DNA of 21,529 nt from Candidatus Eiseniibacteriota bacterium (GCA_038231135.1 JBBRLX010000045.1:1-21529); one strand, 5' to 3'; positions 9,136-18,924 are shown, numbered from the stretch's first letter. Made by a program: numbers and translations. The notes: generated by a model not told the origin, from the sequence alone.

Positions 9136-9331
9136 CGGCGCGCGGGGGCCGGCACCGCTGCGTGCGCCGCTGGCGCCGCCGGGAGCCGCCGTTCGCGCAC
9201 GAGGTTCCGCAGCGTGCCGAAGCCCGTGGAATTACGCGGCCGCCCCGCCGGGCTGCCCGGCTTGCCGGGATCGTGTAGACTCGCCGTTTCTCAATCCCAT
9301 TCCCGGTTCCCCCTGCGATTTCGGAGTTCTC

Positions 9332-10522
<1,191 letters not shown>

Positions 10523-10556
10523 CGTTCCGCCGCGGCGTGGCCGCGGAGGGCCGCCG

Positions 10557-11450
10557 ATGACGCTGACCGAACCCGTGGCGAACGGCCCGTCGGCCGCGGT
10601 CCGCAAGGTCGCGGTGGTGGGCGGCGGCACGATGGGCAACGGCATCGCGCAGACGTTCGCGACCGCGGGGTTCGGCGTCGAGCTGGTCGACGTCCGCTCG
10701 GAATTCGTCGAGCGCGCGCTCGGCACGATCGGACGGAATCTCGATCGCGTCGCGAAGAAGCAGGCATGGCCCGCGGACCAGGCGCCGGCGATCCTCGGCC
10801 GGATCCGCGGCGGCACCGAACTCGGCGTCGCGAAGGACTGCCGGATCGTGATCGAGGCGGTGAGCGAGGATCCCGCGGTCAAACGCGCGCTGTTCGAGCG
10901 GCTCGACGCCGCGGCGCCGGCCGACGCGATCCTCGCCAGCAACACTTCGAGCATCTCGATCACCGAGATCGCGGCCGCCACGCGCCGCCCGGGCCAGGTG
11001 ATCGGCATGCATTTCATGAATCCGGTGCCGGTCATGCAGCTCGTCGAGATCATCCGCGGCCTCGCGACCACCGATGCCACCTATGCCATCACCGAGGATC
11101 TCACGCGCCGGCTGGGCAAGACGCCGGTCGAGGTGAACGACTACCCGGGATTCGTGTCGAACCGCATCCTGATGCCGATGATCAACGAGGCCGTCTACTG
11201 CCTCATGGAAGGCGTGGCCTCGCGCGAGGCCATCGATACGGTGATGAAGCTCGGCATGAATCACCCGCTGGGGCCGCTCGCGCTCGCCGACCTGATCGGC
11301 CTCGACACCTGTCTCAGCATCATGGACGTGCTGCACGCGGGACTCGGTGATTCGAAGTACCGGCCGTGCCCGCTGCTGCGGAAGATGGTGAAGGCCGGTT
11401 ACCTCGGTCGCAAGACCGGCCGCGGCTTCTTCGAGTATCCCGCCGCATAG
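10557..11450 (+). CDS. hbd: 3-hydroxybutyryl-CoA dehydrogenase
   Basis: [13 protein letters not shown] (Rossmann fold), [51 protein letters not shown] and GRKTGRGF. Confidence 0.93.
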   Translation: MTLTEPVANGPSAAVRKVAVVGGGTMGNGIAQTFATAGFGVELVDVRSEFVERALGTIGRNLDRVAKKQAWPADQAPAILGRIRGGTELGVAKDCRIVIEAVSEDPAVKRALFERLDAAAPADAILASNTSSISITEIAAATRRPGQVIGMHFMNPVPVMQLVEIIRGLATTDATYAITEDLTRRLGKTPVEVNDYPGFVSNRILMPMINEAVYCLMEGVASREAIDTVMKLGMNHPLGPLALADLIGLDTCLSIMDVLHAGLGDSKYRPCPLLRKMVKAGYLGRKTGRGFFEYPAA

Positions 11451-11673
11451 TCGTCGTCGCGGGCGCAGAACCGCATTCAGCCCCGTAATGCCTTCCCGTC
11501 ACTCCCTGTGACCGCTCCCTCTGCGCAACATTTCGGCAATCTCGCTGATTCTCGCGAGTTCGCCGCACATTTCCGGTTGGTAACGGACACAACTTTCACC
11601 GCGCAATGTGAATGTTTCCGTATCCATTATGTGTCGCCTTTGTTAATGTACGATGACAAAGGAGGCCCCTCGG

Positions 11674-13251
11674 ATGTCGGCCTATCCTGGATTGAACCTT
11701 GGACTGCGACTCATCGCCCTGTCGGTGGTGGCAAGTGCCGCGGTATTCCTGCCGGAGGTTTCATCCGCCCACACGGCGCTGCTCCTCGGCATCCTCGCGG
11801 GAGCGTTGCTGGGTTGGGCTCAGTTCGAGTGCGCCCGCCGAGTCATCAAGGTTCCGGGCGCGCTGTTCGTGCTCGCGCAGATCGCCGTCTGGACGGTCCT
11901 CGCCAGCAACTCGGGTGGAGCGCGATCGCCGCTGCTCATCGGCTACATCCTGGAAGTGCCGCTGACGGCTGCGTCGACGGGACGGCGCGGCGCCGTCCTC
12001 GCTGCCGTGGCCGCGGCCGCCGCCTATGCGGCCGTGTTCGTGCTTCCCGACCGTGCCTGGAACTCCGCCGATCTTGCGCTGGGCGGGTTTCTCGGAGTCA
12101 GCGCCCTGCTGTCATGGGTGGTCGCTGGAGTCCTCGAACGCCAGCAGCGGGCGCTCGCGGATTCGCATGCCCTGCTGCACTCCCGCGCCGCCAATCTGGC
12201 CGAGGAGCTGCGCCTGCTCGGGGACTATCTCGGCAGCGCCCTGATCGTGATCGATGATCTCGGGCGCATCGTAAGCCTCAACCGCGGAGCGATGGAGCTG
12301 CTGGGCACCGGTGACGAGGACGTGATCCGGGGAGCGTGGCAGGCGGTCCTGAAGCTGGACTCGGCCGGTCTTCGGGCGGTCACGCGAACGCTGGCCGAGG
12401 GGGTTGACCAGCACCATCTCGTCGTCATGCTCGAGGACGGGAATGGTGCACCCGTCGCTGTGCGCGCGGAGCTCTGGGTGGGTTCCTCGGCCGAGGGTCG
12501 CAGGACCTACGTGCTCCTGGATCCGCATACCGGGGTGACCGGCGACGTCGACCCGGTCCGACGGCTCGGCGAGGCGGTGACGTGCGTGTCCCATCAGATC
12601 AAGAACTCCATACACGGGCTGCAGGGACTCGCGGCGAGTGTCATCGACGACAACCCCACGGCCGAGGATCGCGCCTCACTGAACGAGCTGCTGTCGGCAC
12701 TGCGCGGTCTGGGCGGTCTAGCCGAGGACATGCTCGACATGTCGGGGGCTCCGAGGTCGCGCACCGGGGCCGTGCGGATCCGCGAAGTCCTGTCGAGCGC
12801 CCTGGTGCTGGCACGCAGGAATGCCGCCCACGCGGAGCTGAGCGACGACTGCGAAGACGCGATGGTGCAGGGGAATCGCGGCGAATTGGTACACGCCCTG
12901 TTCAACCTGCTGGACAACGCCGCCCGCGTGAGCCCGCGTGATGAACCGGTGCGGGTGAGGGTTCGCGCCGACGCCACGCATGCCTATGTCGAAATCGAGG
13001 ACTCGGGGCCCGGCCTTCCGGCGGGGCTCGAGCGGGCGCAGTCGCGGGCGCCGTCGGTCGAGGGCAGCGGCTACGGCCTGTTCGCGACGCGGAGATTCCT
13101 CGAGTCCAACGGCGGTGAATTGTCCTTCGAGCGTCCATCGAGGGGAGGCACGCGCTGCCGGGTCCGTTTGCCGCGTGCCGACTCGAGCGGCGCCGGCGCC
13201 GGGGGCGGCGAAGACATCCTGGGTTTCACGCCGGTTCCCCGGAGCGCCTGA
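11674..13251 (+). CDS. Membrane sensor histidine kinase, PilS-like N-terminal TM region + PAS-like + HisKA + HATPase
   Basis: About 5-6 TM helices including SGGARSPLLIGYIL (resembles the PilS membrane motif). PAS-like ALIVIDDLGRIVSLNRGAMELLG, H-box SHQIKNSI, N-box LFNLLDNA, G1 IEDSGPGL and G2 GSGYGL. The strong RBS aaggagg (11659-11665) favours ATG 11674 over 11653. Confidence 0.9.
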   Translation: MSAYPGLNLGLRLIALSVVASAAVFLPEVSSAHTALLLGILAGALLGWAQFECARRVIKVPGALFVLAQIAVWTVLASNSGGARSPLLIGYILEVPLTAASTGRRGAVLAAVAAAAAYAAVFVLPDRAWNSADLALGGFLGVSALLSWVVAGVLERQQRALADSHALLHSRAANLAEELRLLGDYLGSALIVIDDLGRIVSLNRGAMELLGTGDEDVIRGAWQAVLKLDSAGLRAVTRTLAEGVDQHHLVVMLEDGNGAPVAVRAELWVGSSAEGRRTYVLLDPHTGVTGDVDPVRRLGEAVTCVSHQIKNSIHGLQGLAASVIDDNPTAEDRASLNELLSALRGLGGLAEDMLDMSGAPRSRTGAVRIREVLSSALVLARRNAAHAELSDDCEDAMVQGNRGELVHALFNLLDNAARVSPRDEPVRVRVRADATHAYVEIEDSGPGLPAGLERAQSRAPSVEGSGYGLFATRRFLESNGGELSFERPSRGGTRCRVRLPRADSSGAGAGGGEDILGFTPVPRSA

Positions 13252-14597
13252 TGGCCCACATTCTGGCCGTGGACGACGAGCCGCTCGCATTGCGCTTCCT
13301 CACCGGCATCCTCGTCCCCGAACATCAGGTGACGGTTTGCACCGGCGGTGCCCGGGCGATGGCCGAGCTCACGAAGCGCCGCTACGATCTCGTGCTGGCC
13401 GATCTCAACATGCCCCCGCCCGACGGGTTCGAGGTCCTCCGGCACGCGCAACGGATGTCACCGCCGGTTCCCGTGGTGGTCATCAGCGCCAACGACCGGG
13501 CGCGTGCCGTCATCGAGGCGATCCGGCTCGGAGCCCGGGACTTCATCATGAAGCCCGCGACCGCGGAGGAGATCCAATCGGTCCTGGCGCGCATCGGGGC
13601 GACGCCGGGCGCCGACTCCGACGCCGCCCTGCCCGACTTCGGTTTCGTGGGGCGATCGCCCGCGATTCGTGAGGTGCGCCAGCTCCTCGCGCTGCTCGCG
13701 CGATCCCCCGAGAACGTGCTCGTCCATGGCGAGACCGGGACCGGGAAGGAATTGGTCGCCTGCGCGCTGCACGAACATTCTTCGCGACGCGCCGGCCCGT
13801 TCGTGGCCCACAACATGGCCGCCACGCCATCCGAGCTGGCCGAGAGCATGTTCTTCGGGCATCTGCGCGGCACGTTCAGCGGTGCGACCGCGGATCGCGC
13901 CGGGCTGTTCGAACAGGCCGACGGGGGAACGCTGTTCCTCGACGAGATCGACAGCTTCCCGATGGCGCTGCAGGCCAAGCTGCTGCGGGTACTGGAATGC
14001 GGCAGCATCCAGCGCATCGGATCGGGCACCGAGGTTCGGCTCGATGTCCGCGTGATCGCGGCGAGCGCCACCGATCTGTGCGACCGCGTCGCCCGGGGCG
14101 CATTCCGCGCGGACCTGTTCTACCGGCTGAACCAGCTCCAGATATCGCTGCCGTCGCTGCGCGAGCGGCACGAGGACATCCCCGCGCTGGTGGCGCAGTT
14201 CATGGCCGAGCTGGCCGGGCCACAGCGGCCCTCCGAAGTCTCGCCGGCCGCCATGGAGCTGCTGCTCGCCCATGGCTGGCCCGGCAACTGTCGCGAACTC
14301 CGTCATGCCGTGCGCCGCGCGGCACTGGTCGCGGCGGGAGGCCCGATCCTTCCGGGACATCTGTCCGGGTGGGTGCCCGCCGGCGCCCCGGCCCTGCGAG
14401 CCGGATCGAACGAAGACCTGAAGACGTTCGAGCATCAGCACATCCTCGAGGTCCTCGAGCGCTCCGGAGGCAATCGAAGCCGCGCCGCCCGCCTGCTGGG
14501 TGTCGACCGCGGCACGCTGGCGAAGAAGCTCAAGACATGGAGCCTGCCCGGTGGTCTGCCGGGTCGGGCTGCCGAGGAATCGGACCTCGGCGGCTGA
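13251..14597 (+). CDS. Sigma54-dependent response regulator (REC-AAA+-Fis HTH; NtrC/AtoC/PilR family)
   Basis: Receiver motifs LAVDDE, ADLNMP and KP. Walker A GETGTGKE, GTLFLDEID, FRADLFYRL, WPGNCREL and HTH GGNRSRAARLLGVDRGTL. It overlaps the kinase stop by 1 nt (TGATG). Confidence 0.95.
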   Translation: MAHILAVDDEPLALRFLTGILVPEHQVTVCTGGARAMAELTKRRYDLVLADLNMPPPDGFEVLRHAQRMSPPVPVVVISANDRARAVIEAIRLGARDFIMKPATAEEIQSVLARIGATPGADSDAALPDFGFVGRSPAIREVRQLLALLARSPENVLVHGETGTGKELVACALHEHSSRRAGPFVAHNMAATPSELAESMFFGHLRGTFSGATADRAGLFEQADGGTLFLDEIDSFPMALQAKLLRVLECGSIQRIGSGTEVRLDVRVIAASATDLCDRVARGAFRADLFYRLNQLQISLPSLRERHEDIPALVAQFMAELAGPQRPSEVSPAAMELLLAHGWPGNCRELRHAVRRAALVAAGGPILPGHLSGWVPAGAPALRAGSNEDLKTFEHQHILEVLERSGGNRSRAARLLGVDRGTLAKKLKTWSLPGGLPGRAAEESDLGG

Positions 14598-14636
14598 CGC
14601 CCTTCGACGGTTCGTTGCGGCCGGTTCCGCGTCGGG

Positions 14637-14776
14637 GTGCTGGATCTTGCGGCAGTCGTGCGGGATTCCGCAGCAGGCGAACCGGCCTCTCCATGTCCCC
14701 CCGCGAATCAATGGATTCTGCCGGACTCCCGCATCGCGGGTGGCTTGCCGCGATCGGCTGCGGGAAACCACCGCAG
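14637..14776. promoter_or_regulatory. Putative upstream activator (enhancer) sites for the sigma54 regulator
   Basis: Tandem boxes GTGCTGGATCTTGCGGCAG (14637-14655) and GTGCGGGATTCCGCAGCAG (14658-14676) are 21 bp apart, and the second contains the palindrome TGCGG-GATT-CCGCA. Related elements are TGCCGGACTCCCGCA (14719-14733) and CTGCGG-N7-CCGCAG (14758-14776). Confidence 0.55.
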
Positions 14777-14873
14777 TGCCGTCATGGACTCTCGCCGAGT
14801 CTCCGCCGTCCGTTCACCGGCATTTCTGGTCGAACTCACAGGGTTCGTTCGATTTCCGACCGTCTCACGTTCG

Positions 14874-14889
14874 AGGCACGACATCTGCT
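14874..14889 (+). promoter_or_regulatory. Sigma54 (-24/-12) promoter
   Basis: AGGCACGACATCTGCT has GG (14875-76)-N10-GC (14887-88), close to the consensus TGGCACG-N4-TTGCW. It lies about 55 nt upstream of the ATG at 14942. Confidence 0.75.
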
Positions 14890-14941
14890 GAACCCCCTTC
14901 ACGCTCGTAACCTGAACGTTGCAAACCGAAGGAGGCACGGC

Positions 14942-15823
14942 ATGAGAAACAGAACACGAGTCACAACATCGCTGCTGGCGGCCATGGTGGTTCTGGCGGC
15001 ATGGAGCTCGCTGGGGTCCGCCAATAGCGTCGTGTACCACGGCCGAACACATACCTCGATCGGCGCCGCCACATTGGCGGTCATCAACGACAGCCTGGTG
15101 GTGTCGGGACTAGGAGTCGGCGGGACCGATGGAGTTTCGGTCGCCACCGCCGGTTCGTTGAGCCAGCTTCAGGAGTTGAGTGTCGTGTCTCCGACGCTCA
15201 TCCGGGGAGCGGCGACGGGTCGATTCATCGCCTCGACCGCCAGGGGAACGGTGAACGGCGTCCCCAATTCGGTGATTGCCGTTCAGAAGGCAACTCGCAG
15301 CGCCGCGAACAACGTCCACAACGACTTCGACTACTCGGCGCTGACCCCCACCAGCGTGGATGCGTTCGCCTTCAAGAACAATTCGCTGGCCCAGAAGGGG
15401 ACTTTCGTCACCTCGACGTTCACGGGTGACGAATCGGTGGCGGGCGTAACCACGATCGAATTCACCTACTCCTGGGACCCCGACATCGACATCGTGATCA
15501 CATTTGGTGCCGCCGGCAACGCCTCGATGACCGATGGCTCGACCACGCTGTCGACGACCGGTCCGGGGGCCGCCGGGTTCCTGTTCGATGCCCATGGCCC
15601 CAAGGTCGTATCCGACCTGTCGGCGGTCGAGCTTCTCGGTGGCGGCGGTCTGACCAGTTTCGTCATCACCAATGAGTCGACCAAGTCCTCGCCGTTGTCG
15701 ACCGTGGTGCCGGCCCTGTCGGGTTGGCTGGCCATGGTGAGCGCGCTGGTCCTGCTGGTGGCAGGCGCGTCGGTGCTGTGGATGTACGGTCGCAACTCGA
15801 AGGGTGGGCCGCTGACGGCGTAA
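14942..15823 (+). CDS. Secreted/surface protein (293 aa) with signal peptide and IPTL-CTERM-like C-terminal membrane anchor
   Basis: RBS aaggagg at 14929-14935. The signal peptide is MRNRTRVTTSLLAAMVVLAAWSSLGSA, and the body is S/T/G/V-rich and beta-like. The C-terminus VPALSGW-LAMVSALVLLVAGASVLWMY-GRNSKGG has a motif, a TM helix and a short basic tail. Confidence 0.82.
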   Translation: MRNRTRVTTSLLAAMVVLAAWSSLGSANSVVYHGRTHTSIGAATLAVINDSLVVSGLGVGGTDGVSVATAGSLSQLQELSVVSPTLIRGAATGRFIASTARGTVNGVPNSVIAVQKATRSAANNVHNDFDYSALTPTSVDAFAFKNNSLAQKGTFVTSTFTGDESVAGVTTIEFTYSWDPDIDIVITFGAAGNASMTDGSTTLSTTGPGAAGFLFDAHGPKVVSDLSAVELLGGGGLTSFVITNESTKSSPLSTVVPALSGWLAMVSALVLLVAGASVLWMYGRNSKGGPLTA

Positions 15824-15846
15824 TTCGCCGCGTCGAGAGGTGCGAG

Positions 15847-15888
15847 CGGCGGCGCCGGATTCCCTTCCGGCGCCGCCGATTTCGTTTC
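15847..15888 (+). terminator. Rho-independent terminator closing the two-component cassette
   Basis: Perfect 13-bp stem cggcggcgccgga / tccggcgccgccg with a 6-nt loop, followed by atttcgttt. Confidence 0.75.
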
Positions 15889-15947
15889 CGGACGGTTCCG
15901 GGGGCGGGCTTTGAGTTCGCCGCCAGACCCGCTACGTTCTATGCGTT

Positions 15948-17141
15948 ATGATCCCCGACCTGGTGGCCGCCTCGACCGGCGTGGCATTCGATCTCACCGA
16001 GGACCAGCTCGCGGTGCGGGAGATGGTGCGCGCGTTTGCCGAGGACGAGATCCGCCCGATCGCCGCGCACATCGACGAGACGCACGAGTTCCCGCTGGCG
16101 ACCACGAAGCACATGGCCGCGCTCGGTCTGCTCGGAATGTTCGTGCCCGAGAGCTACGGCGGCGCCGGGATGGACTTCCTGTCGTACGTGATCGCCGTCG
16201 AGGAGTTGTCGCGGGTGTGCGCGACCCACGGCGTGATCTGCTCGGTGAACAACTCGCTGGTGTGCTACCCGATCCTGGCCTACGGCACCGAGGCCCAGAA
16301 GCAGCGGTACCTGGTGCCGCTCGCGAAGGGCGAGCTGCTGGGCTGCTACTGCCTGACCGAGCCGAACGCGGGCAGCAACGCGGCGAACCAGCAGACGACG
16401 GCGGTCGCCGACGGCGACGACTTCGTGCTCAATGGCACCAAGATGTTCATCACCACCGCCGGGCCGGCCGACGTGCTGGTCGTGTACACCGCGACCGACA
16501 AGGCACTCGGCTCCAAGGGCATCTCCGCATTCATCGTCGACGCGGCCACGCCCGGTGTGAACAAGGGCAAGCAGGAGCGGAAGCTCGGGATCCACGCCTC
16601 CGACACCCGCGAGGTGGCGTTCGAGAACGCGCGCGTGCCGAAGGCCAATCTATTGGGTGAGTACAACAAGGGCTATTCCGTGGCGCTCGCGACGCTCGGC
16701 GGCGGCCGCATCGGCATCGCGGCCCAGGCGCTGGGCATCGCGCAGGCGGCGCTCGAGGCGTCGGTGAAGTACGCGAACGAGCGCGTGCAGTTCGACCGCA
16801 AGATCGGCGAGTTCGACGCGATCCGCGAGATGCTCGCGAACAGCGCGATCGAGGTCGATACCGCCCGCATGCTGGTGTATCAGGCGGCGTGGCTGCGCGA
16901 TCGCGGGCGGCCGCACACCAAGGAGGCGTCGCTCGCCAAGTGGCACGCAAGCGAGGCCGCGACCCGCTGCGCGAACTGGGCGATCCAGGTTCACGGCGGC
17001 TACGGTTATCTCGCCGAGTTCCACGTCGAGCGCTACTGGCGCGACGCACGCATCACCGAGATCTACGAAGGCACGACCGAAGTTCAAAAGATGGTCGTGG
17101 CGGGGCAGGTGCTGAAGGAGCACCCGCTCGCCGCGAGCTGA
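15948..17141 (+). CDS. Acyl-CoA dehydrogenase (short-chain/butyryl-CoA dehydrogenase-like)
   Basis: [59 protein letters not shown] and EIYEGTTEVQK. The start could be ATG 15948 or GTG 15981. Confidence 0.95.
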   Translation: MIPDLVAASTGVAFDLTEDQLAVREMVRAFAEDEIRPIAAHIDETHEFPLATTKHMAALGLLGMFVPESYGGAGMDFLSYVIAVEELSRVCATHGVICSVNNSLVCYPILAYGTEAQKQRYLVPLAKGELLGCYCLTEPNAGSNAANQQTTAVADGDDFVLNGTKMFITTAGPADVLVVYTATDKALGSKGISAFIVDAATPGVNKGKQERKLGIHASDTREVAFENARVPKANLLGEYNKGYSVALATLGGGRIGIAAQALGIAQAALEASVKYANERVQFDRKIGEFDAIREMLANSAIEVDTARMLVYQAAWLRDRGRPHTKEASLAKWHASEAATRCANWAIQVHGGYGYLAEFHVERYWRDARITEIYEGTTEVQKMVVAGQVLKEHPLAAS

Positions 17142-17224
17142 CCTTCAAGTCCCCGAGGCGGGACTCGCATGGACCTGGGTTTCGAACGCGCCGGCACACC
17201 GGGTGTGCTCCGGCAGGAGGAACG

Positions 17225-17641
17225 ATGACACGTCCCATACGACCGGTTGCGCTGGTGATCCTCACCGCTTGCATGATCTATCCCGGCGTCACCCTGCTGT
17301 TCCAGGGGCTCTATCCATTCGTCGCGGGCGAGTACATCATGCTCGTCGGCCGGCTGGGCGTATGGATGGACCTCGCGATCCGGTTCGGCATTCCGCCGGT
17401 CGTCGTGCTGCTGCTCAAGGCCGGGATCGGTCTCGCGTGGGTGGCCGGTGTAACCGGGCTGTGGGCCGGCGACCCGCCGCTCCAGCTCGGCAAGATGACG
17501 CTGCCCGGTCTCGCCTATCCCCTCACGGTGCTCGCAGCACTCGGCTCGCTGCTGTACCCGGGCGGCGAGATGCTCATGTCGCTGATCGCGCTGATCGTGC
17601 TGTTCGGCTTCCGCGAGGACCGGCTCGCCATCGCGGCCTGA
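17225..17641 (+). CDS. Small hypothetical integral membrane protein (138 aa, ~4 TM)
   Basis: Strong RBS aggagg (17215-17220) before ATG 17225, and the sequence is hydrophobic throughout. The 16889 start in the ORF track overlaps the upstream gene. Confidence 0.75.
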   Translation: MTRPIRPVALVILTACMIYPGVTLLFQGLYPFVAGEYIMLVGRLGVWMDLAIRFGIPPVVVLLLKAGIGLAWVAGVTGLWAGDPPLQLGKMTLPGLAYPLTVLAALGSLLYPGGEMLMSLIALIVLFGFREDRLAIAA

Positions 17642-17666
17642 TTCCGCGTTCGTCCCCAAGGACTCC

Positions 17667-18818
17667 ATGCAGCTCGATCTCTCCGAAGACCAGATCATGA
17701 TCCGCGACTCCGTGCGCGAGTTGTGCGAGCGCGAGTTCGCCCCGCACGCCATGGAATGGGACCGCCTGGCCGACGTGCCGAGCGGCGCGATCGAGACGCT
17801 GGCCGCCAGCGGGTTCCTGGGGATGGCGATCCCCGAGGAGTGGGGCGGAGTCGGCTACGACGGGCGCACGATCGCAATCGTGCTCGAGGAGATCGCCCGG
17901 GTCTCGGCCGCGCTCGCGATCATGATCGCGGTGCACAATTCGGTCGGGGCGCTGCCGGTGTTCCGGTTCGGCACCGACGCCCAGCGCCGCAAGTTCCTGC
18001 CCCGGCTGGTGTCGAGGGACCTCGCCGCGTTCTCGCTGTCGGAGCCGGGGGCGGGCTCCGATGCCGGCGCGATCGAGGCGACGGCCGTCCGGCACGGCGA
18101 TCGCTACGTGCTCAACGGCAGCAAGAACTGGGTGACGAACGGCCAGCGCGCCGGCGTGTTCCTGATCTTCGCGAGCACCTCGAAGGCCGCCGGCCGCAAG
18201 GGGTTGTCGGCGTTCATCGTCGAGCGTGGGTCGCCGGGCCTCACGCTCGGCAAGGCCGAGGACAAGATGGGCCTGCGCGGCTCGGATACGATCGGGCTCA
18301 CGCTCGAGAACCTGAGCATTCCTGCCGATCAGCGACTGGGCGAGGAGGGCGACGGGTTCAGCATCGCCATGAGCATGCTCGACGCCGGCCGGATCGGGGT
18401 CGCGGCGCAGGCGCTCGGGGTGATGCGGGCGGCGTTCGAGGAGTCGGTGCGGTATGCGCAGCAGCGGCACGCGTTCGGCGGGCCGCTCGCGAAGATCCAG
18501 GCGGTGCAGTTCAAGCTCGCCGAGATGGAGCGGCGCATCCAGTGCTCGCGGCTGTTGATCGAGCGTGCGGCCTGGCTGCGCGACGAGAGCCGGCCCTACA
18601 CCCGCGAGGCGTCGATGGCCAAGCTCTACGCCAGCGAAGCGGCGACCTGGGTCACGCACCAGGCGATCCAGATCCACGGTGGTTACGGTTACGTCAAGGA
18701 GTACGCCGTCGAACGGTACTATCGGGACGCGCGGGTCATGGAGATCTACGAAGGGGCGAGCGAGATCCAGCGGCTCGTGATCTCGCGCTCGCTGCTCAAG
18801 GACGGCGTCCGGGTCTGA
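17667..18818 (+). CDS. Acyl-CoA dehydrogenase
   Basis: [51 protein letters not shown] and EIYEGASEIQR. RBS aagga is present. Confidence 0.95.
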   Translation: MQLDLSEDQIMIRDSVRELCEREFAPHAMEWDRLADVPSGAIETLAASGFLGMAIPEEWGGVGYDGRTIAIVLEEIARVSAALAIMIAVHNSVGALPVFRFGTDAQRRKFLPRLVSRDLAAFSLSEPGAGSDAGAIEATAVRHGDRYVLNGSKNWVTNGQRAGVFLIFASTSKAAGRKGLSAFIVERGSPGLTLGKAEDKMGLRGSDTIGLTLENLSIPADQRLGEEGDGFSIAMSMLDAGRIGVAAQALGVMRAAFEESVRYAQQRHAFGGPLAKIQAVQFKLAEMERRIQCSRLLIERAAWLRDESRPYTREASMAKLYASEAATWVTHQAIQIHGGYGYVKEYAVERYYRDARVMEIYEGASEIQRLVISRSLLKDGVRV

Positions 18819-18924
18819 TCCGTCGCCGGCCGGAACTCCCCCCGGGCCGATGTGATAATTTTCATCGTGACACGAGCGGTCCCCTCCGCCACCACCTGCG
18901 ATGTCCCGTCCTTCCGAGGAATTC

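Noticed and set aside
7110..9278. Long alternative-frame and antisense ORFs here and elsewhere (e.g. 4240-5781, 9605-11080, 17574-18950, 19056-20402)
   Set aside because: These are typical high-GC shadow ORFs overlapping well-supported genes, with R/A/P/G-rich translations and no recognisable motifs.
13997..14941. N-terminal half of the 608-aa ORF
   Set aside because: It is an off-frame overlap with the response regulator and runs through the promoter region. The real gene begins at ATG 14942 with a strong RBS and signal peptide.
11451..15947. Calling the cassette a mobile element
   Set aside because: No integrase, transposase, tRNA target or terminal inverted repeats are visible, only a short direct repeat of uncertain significance.
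17148..17210. Two short hairpins (agtccc/gggact and gcacacc/ggtgtgc) and a GGCAC resembling a sigma54 -24 element
   Set aside because: There is no GC at the required 10-nt spacing and no U-tract, and such short GC stems are expected by chance.
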